Positions 59,167 to 64,000 of a stretch of 64,000 nucleotides of DNA are shown in pieces (within the stretch, counting starts at the first letter, position 1; each line of letters begins with the position of its first letter). The position numbers and the translations under genes were made by a program. The stretch lies in assembly GCA_902592985.1 (NCBI GenBank), contig CACJGR010000002.1, forward strand, positions 65,800-129,799, in the 5' to 3' direction. Source of the DNA: an uncultured Pelagibacteraceae bacterium (lineage in GTDB: Bacteria; Pseudomonadota; Alphaproteobacteria; Pelagibacterales; Pelagibacteraceae). The notes beneath the pieces were generated by a model. That model did not search any database and was not told the origin of the DNA. It saw nothing but the letters and a program-made list of their open reading frames with translations.

Positions 59167-61596
59167 TTATGATCTTAACATTTTGTTTTCTGAGTCGTAG
59201 GCAGGGGAGTTTAAAATTTTTGCCTTCTTTTTTTGTCCTTGAATTTCAATAAAGAGTTCGGTCCCATCTTTGGCTAAGTTTGATTTAACATAAGCAAAAG
59301 CTAGGCTTTTATTTGTTCTAAAACCGTAGGCCCCAGAAGTAACCACCCCAACTATTTTGTTCTCATGATAAACAGGTTCATTACCTCTTGCATCTGCGCC
59401 ATCAACATCTACCTCAAGATAAACTATTTTAATGTCAACTCCAGATTGAAGTTTATTTCTGAGCACTTCAGACCCTATAAAATTGCTCTTTTTATTCAAA
59501 TTAAAAAAACGATCCATGCCAGCTTCAACCAAACTAATTTCGCCTGTTAATTCTGCTCCCCATCCACGATAAGCTTTTTCCATTCTTAATGAGTTAACAG
59601 CGTATGTTCCAAAATTATTTATTTTTTCTTTTTTTCCTACTTCACAAATGGCATCATATAATGGTTCCATTTGATTCATAGGGTGATGCAGTTCCCAACC
59701 CAATTCTCCCATATAGTTAATTCTAAGAGCTCTTAAAGGTATTTTATTTATTTCTATTTCTTTACCTTTTAGCCATGGAAAATCTTTATTATTTAAACTT
59801 TCTGAGGTTAATTGAGATAAAACTTTTCTAGATTTTGGACCTACTAACACAAGTACTCCATAATCTTTTGTTACATTTTTTATTTCAACTTTTTCATCTT
59901 TGTTAATGTTGTGGTTAAACCAGTCTAAATCTCTTATTTCTGATGCAGTAGAGGACAAAACGTAAAATTTATTATTTGGTAATCGTGTTATAGTGAGTTC
60001 ACTTTGAATTCTACCTATTTTGTTAAGTGTATGAGCAAGTACAATATTACCTTCTTTTTTTGGAATTGAATTTGCACATAAACGATCTAAGTATGCTTCA
60101 CTGTCTTTTCCTTCAATTTCATATTTTGCAAAAGTACTTAAATCTAAGATACCGACGTTATTGTGAACATTTTCGCATTCTTTTTGAACATAGGGAAAAG
60201 CATTTGATCTTTTGAAGCTGTATTCTTCTTTCATTCCAGGTTTTGCAAACCAAGCTGGTTTTTCCCAACCATAAGAGTCTAAATATAATGCACCCATGTC
60301 TTTTAATTTTTTATATATAGGAGTAGTTTTCATTGGTCTGCCAACTTCTATATTTTCATTTGGCATTGGAGTTACGTACATTCTTGTGTATTGATCTATA
60401 GATTTATCAACTGCATATTTTTTAGTCACCCAGCTCATATATCTTCTAGGTTCAAACTCAAGCATGTTTATTTCTGAGTCACCATGAACAATCCATTGAG
60501 CTAAATATTTTCCAACTCCTCCACCTTGGGCAATTCCTACACTTGCAGCGCAGGCCATCCAAAAATTTTTTAATCCAGGCGCAGGCCCAGCAAGAAAGTT
60601 ATCATCAGGTGTGTGTGTAATTGGTCCACAAATAATTTTTTTTATTCCAACATCTTTAAACTGAGGAATTCTGTTCATTCCTATTTCAAGATGTTTTTCA
60701 ATTCTATCAAGTTCTGGTTCTAACAATTCCATATCAAATTTCCAATTCATTCCCTCTAAAGCCCAAGCTTTTGCATCTTTCTCGTATGGACCAATTAATA
60801 AACCTTTACCTTCTTGTCTTAAGTAAGCTGACGCTTCAGGATCTCTTGTTACAGGTAATTCTTTTTTTAGTTTTTCTATTTCAGGATGGGACTCAGTGAC
60901 TAAATAATGATGTATCATATTAATACTAGGTACCTCTTTTAATCCAACCATCGCACCAACTTCAGGACAAAAGCTTCCTGCCGCATTAACAACATGCTCA
61001 CAAACTATGTCTCCATTTTTTGTAAAAACTTTCCACTCTCCAGATGGAAGTTGCTTTATATCTGTGACCCTATTTTTTCTATATATTTTTGCACCACCAT
61101 TTCTAGCTCCTTTAGCCATAGCATTTGTGGTGCTTGTAGGATCTGTATGTCCATCTTCAGGAGTATGAAAGGCAGCAAGTATTCCATCTAATCGAATAAA
61201 AGGATGAACATTTTTTATTTCATTTGGAGAAAGTATTTCAGCAGGAGATCCAACATTATCCATTATTCCTTTAACGTAATGAAACCAATTAATATCTTCT
61301 TTTTTATATGCTAATCTTAAACTGCCACATTCATGGAAGCCGGTTGCCTGTCCTGTTTCTTTTTCTAGTTGTTTATAAAGATTAGTAGAATGCTGATGAA
61401 CTTTAGCTAGATTATAACTTCCAACCATGTGAGGACATTGACCTGCTGCATGCCATGTTGATCCAGATGTGAGTTCACCTTTTTCAATTAAAACTAAGTC
61501 TTTCCAACCTTCTTTAGTGAGGTGGTATAATAAGCTTACTCCTAAAATTCCTCCACCAACTATTACTAATTTGGCATGTGACTGAATTTTTTCCAT
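59167..61596 (-). CDS. Dimethylglycine/sarcosine dehydrogenase-like flavoprotein (DAO + GcvT domains)
   Basis: GGG..G, ELTSGSTWHAAG (covalent FAD His), GP.T.TPD, GELGWELH, SLR.EK.YR.W, VTSG.YG motifs. Confidence 0.92.
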   Translation of the reverse strand: MEKIQSHAKLVIVGGGILGVSLLYHLTKEGWKDLVLIEKGELTSGSTWHAAGQCPHMVGSYNLAKVHQHSTNLYKQLEKETGQATGFHECGSLRLAYKKEDINWFHYVKGIMDNVGSPAEILSPNEIKNVHPFIRLDGILAAFHTPEDGHTDPTSTTNAMAKGARNGGAKIYRKNRVTDIKQLPSGEWKVFTKNGDIVCEHVVNAAGSFCPEVGAMVGLKEVPSINMIHHYLVTESHPEIEKLKKELPVTRDPEASAYLRQEGKGLLIGPYEKDAKAWALEGMNWKFDMELLEPELDRIEKHLEIGMNRIPQFKDVGIKKIICGPITHTPDDNFLAGPAPGLKNFWMACAASVGIAQGGGVGKYLAQWIVHGDSEINMLEFEPRRYMSWVTKKYAVDKSIDQYTRMYVTPMPNENIEVGRPMKTTPIYKKLKDMGALYLDSYGWEKPAWFAKPGMKEEYSFKRSNAFPYVQKECENVHNNVGILDLSTFAKYEIEGKDSEAYLDRLCANSIPKKEGNIVLAHTLNKIGRIQSELTITRLPNNKFYVLSSTASEIRDLDWFNHNINKDEKVEIKNVTKDYGVLVLVGPKSRKVLSQLTSESLNNKDFPWLKGKEIEINKIPLRALRINYMGELGWELHHPMNQMEPLYDAICEVGKKEKINNFGTYAVNSLRMEKAYRGWGAELTGEISLVEAGMDRFFNLNKKSNFIGSEVLRNKLQSGVDIKIVYLEVDVDGADARGNEPVYHENKIVGVVTSGAYGFRTNKSLAFAYVKSNLAKDGTELFIEIQGQKKKAKILNSPAYDSENKMLRS

Positions 61597-61687
61597 TACT
61601 TTTACTAGCTTATTTTAAATTTTTTTTGAAAGATTTATTTAATTTTAAGCTTTAATCAAGTTAAATTAAATAGTAATAAAATGTTTT

Positions 61688-62491
61688 ATGTCTGATAAGA
61701 AGTTCACAAACTATAGACCTTATTTCAATTTTCTTAACTCATTAGCTAAAGATTTAACAAGATATTATTACAAAAAATTAAACAAACCTTTTAAAGTAAT
61801 AAACAAAAGTAAAAGTAAGGGATATGACCCAGTAACACAGGCCGATAGAGAATTTGAAAAGTTTATTAGAGCAAGAATAAAAAAAAAATTTCCTACACAT
61901 GAAGTAGTAGGAGAGGAATTAGGGCGAAAAAAAACTAATAGTGACTATACTTGGATTCTGGACCCAATAGATGGAACAAGATCATTTATAATTGGTAATC
62001 CAACTTGGAGCAATTTAATAGCTTTAAATTTTAAAGGAAAACCTGTTATTGGATTAGCAAACTTTCCAAAACTCAAAAAATATTATTTGAATTATTCAAA
62101 TAAAGCTGCTTATGTTTTTGAAAAAGGAAAAAAAAGAAAAATAAAAGTTAATAAAAGAGTTTCTTTTAACAAAATAAAAGTTGCAGGAGCATTTCATGGA
62201 TGGCTTTCAATAAAAAAACAGCAAAGAATTCCAAAAGTTTTAAAACTTATGCAATTTCCATGTTTTGATGCACTAAGTTATGCTCACCTTTCTGAAGGAA
62301 GAATTGACGTTGTAATACAATGTGCAAATAAAATATGGGATATCCATCCTATAATTCCTATCGTTAAAGCTGCAGGTGGAATACTTAGTACTTGGGATAA
62401 TAGAGATCCAGTTTATGCAGGAAGTATTTTGGTATCAGGAAATAATTCTATTCACAAAAAAATATTAAAGCTTTTAAAACCAGCATTATAA
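61688..62491 (+). CDS. Inositol monophosphatase family (HisN-like histidinol-phosphate phosphatase)
   Basis: DPVT.AD, GEE, W.LDPIDGT.SF..G.P.W, WD motifs. Confidence 0.85.
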   Translation: MSDKKFTNYRPYFNFLNSLAKDLTRYYYKKLNKPFKVINKSKSKGYDPVTQADREFEKFIRARIKKKFPTHEVVGEELGRKKTNSDYTWILDPIDGTRSFIIGNPTWSNLIALNFKGKPVIGLANFPKLKKYYLNYSNKAAYVFEKGKKRKIKVNKRVSFNKIKVAGAFHGWLSIKKQQRIPKVLKLMQFPCFDALSYAHLSEGRIDVVIQCANKIWDIHPIIPIVKAAGGILSTWDNRDPVYAGSILVSGNNSIHKKILKLLKPAL

Positions 62492-62506
62492 AAATTTTAT
62501 AAAATT

Positions 62507-64000
62507 ATGAGATTATTAACTTTCTTATTTTTACTGTTCACATTTCAATTTAATTTTGCTTATGCAGAAATTGTATCGCCTACATATCGAGAAAAAGTAG
62601 AACCTGGCTTACAAATTGCAGCAATGTTATTTAGTCCCAACGGAAAAAAAATTTTTTTAATGAAGTACGTTAATGGAGGAACACTTTATCAATTTAATTT
62701 AAATACGGCTTTTGATATTACTTCTCTTGATGCCACATCAGAGGTAACACTGGACCTAAACGCAGGTAGTGATGATGTGGGTACAGGTAGTAATGGAACT
62801 CAGGGGTTAGAATTTAATTCGGATGGAACCAAAATATTTGCAACTAATGAAGTAGGCGGTATGAACGTACACTCTTTATCAACTCCATATGATATTTCAA
62901 ATGTGACTCAAGATGCGGATGATGGTATAGACTGGCGATCATATTTACACGGAGGTGATAATATTGTTCCACACGATATAGATTTTAATAATGATGGAAC
63001 CAAAATGTATCTTTTTGATTATAAGAAGGGAGAGCATGAACTTGTGGAATATGATCTCAGTACTCCATATTTACCAAGTTCCGCAACTCACAACAACTCA
63101 CTTAATTTAGAAACGTCAATTGGAGTGAATTTTTTACAAGAGCTTGAGTTTGATGACGATGGTACCAGAATGTATATAATTAATTCTGCCATTAATGCAT
63201 CCTCTAATAATTATGTTTACGTTTATAAACTAAGCACACCTTTTAGCAGTTCTACTGCAACATATGTTGGAAAATGGCAAGCAACATTCACCACAACTTC
63301 TACATACGGGTCACCACTCGCTTTTCAGTTTTCTAGTGACGGTATGAAATTTTTTATGAATACATATAATGTTTTAAAAACAGACGGTGTTAGCATTGGT
63401 CTTGATGATTATATATTTGAATTTAATCTTAGTTGTCCTTATGGAATTGTAATTTGTGAGGCAGATTCTATTTCTAATGTTAGCGCACAAGTAGAATTTG
63501 CTAAACATGTAATACAACAAAATACTTCTACTGTTTTTAAAAGATTTGAATGGTTAAGGCGTAATGAAGGTAAAAAAAATCTCAACAGTAATAATATTAA
63601 TTTCAACATCTCCAATCCTGTTTTATCGTCTTTAAAAAAACAATTAAAAAGCTCATTTAATAAAGAAATATACTCTCAAGTTTCGCTGGGTGAGAAAAAA
63701 ACCACAAAAAGAAAAAACAAGAATTGGTCTTACTGGTCCCATGGTGACATTTCATTTGGCAGAAAAGGCGATACTGCAACCTCTAAACCAAAAGAAATAA
63801 GAGTTTCAGGTTTAATGTTTGGTGCAGATAAAAAAATAAATAATAATAAGTTTTTTGGTGCAGCTATTAGATTTGGTGAAGGTGAAATTGAAAGCATATC
63901 CCCCAGTGGCAATGAATTAGATACTGAGTCATTAACATTCAATCTGTATAGCACTCTTCCCATAGATAATAATTCTAATCTCAATGCTTTATTTGGTGTA
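62507..64000 (+). CDS. Autotransporter-like outer-membrane protein with beta-propeller passenger (runs off window end)
   Basis: Not in ORF track. Hand translation: signal peptide MRLLTFLFLLFTFQFNFAYA; five F-x-x-D/N-G-x-K/R...L-S/N-T-P-Y/F repeats; helical linker (AQV..AK......F.R..WLRRN); then barrel-type strands (WSYWSHG.IS.G, GLMFGAD, FFGAAIRFG). Confidence 0.8.
   Translation, partial: MRLLTFLFLLFTFQFNFAYAEIVSPTYREKVEPGLQIAAMLFSPNGKKIFLMKYVNGGTLYQFNLNTAFDITSLDATSEVTLDLNAGSDDVGTGSNGTQGLEFNSDGTKIFATNEVGGMNVHSLSTPYDISNVTQDADDGIDWRSYLHGGDNIVPHDIDFNNDGTKMYLFDYKKGEHELVEYDLSTPYLPSSATHNNSLNLETSIGVNFLQELEFDDDGTRMYIINSAINASSNNYVYVYKLSTPFSSSTATYVGKWQATFTTTSTYGSPLAFQFSSDGMKFFMNTYNVLKTDGVSIGLDDYIFEFNLSCPYGIVICEADSISNVSAQVEFAKHVIQQNTSTVFKRFEWLRRNEGKKNLNSNNINFNISNPVLSSLKKQLKSSFNKEIYSQVSLGEKKTTKRKNKNWSYWSHGDISFGRKGDTATSKPKEIRVSGLMFGADKKINNNKFFGAAIRFGEGEIESISPSGNELDTESLTFNLYSTLPIDNNSNLNALFGV

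Noticed and set aside
449-63984. About 30 short ORF-track entries antisense to or overlapping larger genes (e.g. 449-667, 4005-4466, 20796-21266, 38421-38759, 57635-57991, 63730-63984)
   Set aside because: They lie opposite well-supported genes, have Phe/Leu/Ile/Ser-rich shadow composition and show no motifs.
1-64000. CRISPR arrays, tRNA/rRNA genes, IS elements, integrases, prophage or defence systems
   Set aside because: Nearly all sequence is assigned to metabolic or housekeeping CDS, no spacer exceeds ~170 bp, and I saw no repeat-spacer, cloverleaf or recombinase signatures.

Overview
Very AT-rich, extremely gene-dense alphaproteobacterial chromosome segment. Gene content, synteny and tiny intergenic spacers point to Pelagibacteraceae (SAR11); this is inference, not a database result. 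Bases 1-34.6 kb are core housekeeping: lptDGF, pepA, ndk, purNM, hdaA, aspS, accCB-aroQ, thiSG, rne, PBP1A, prfB with its programmed +1 frameshift, an AsmA-like gene, csp, tyrS, anmK, an IscR-controlled suf operon and glnA. Bases ~34.7-61.6 kb are an accessory-looking metabolic block. It holds a homocysteine methyltransferase, a form II cox (SLM) molybdoenzyme with Moco/MCD biosynthesis genes, three Fe(II)/2OG dioxygenases (one TmpA/BBOX-like), metF, a DmdA paralogue, a dimethylglycine dehydrogenase-like enzyme and three DMT transporters. The window ends in a beta-propeller autotransporter. Two edge genes missing from the ORF track (lptD, autotransporter) were translated by hand. I found no rRNA, tRNA, CRISPR array, IS element, integrase or phage genes. 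Best leads: (i) a possible methylated-onium/phosphonate catabolic module (TmpA-like dioxygenase without adjacent tmpB, plus DmdA paralogue and DMGDH); (ii) a stand-alone, catalysis-less NrdJ C-terminal domain protein at the ancestral nrdJ locus; (iii) the form II cox/Moco cluster of unknown substrate. All family calls come from motif recognition and recall, with no searches run.
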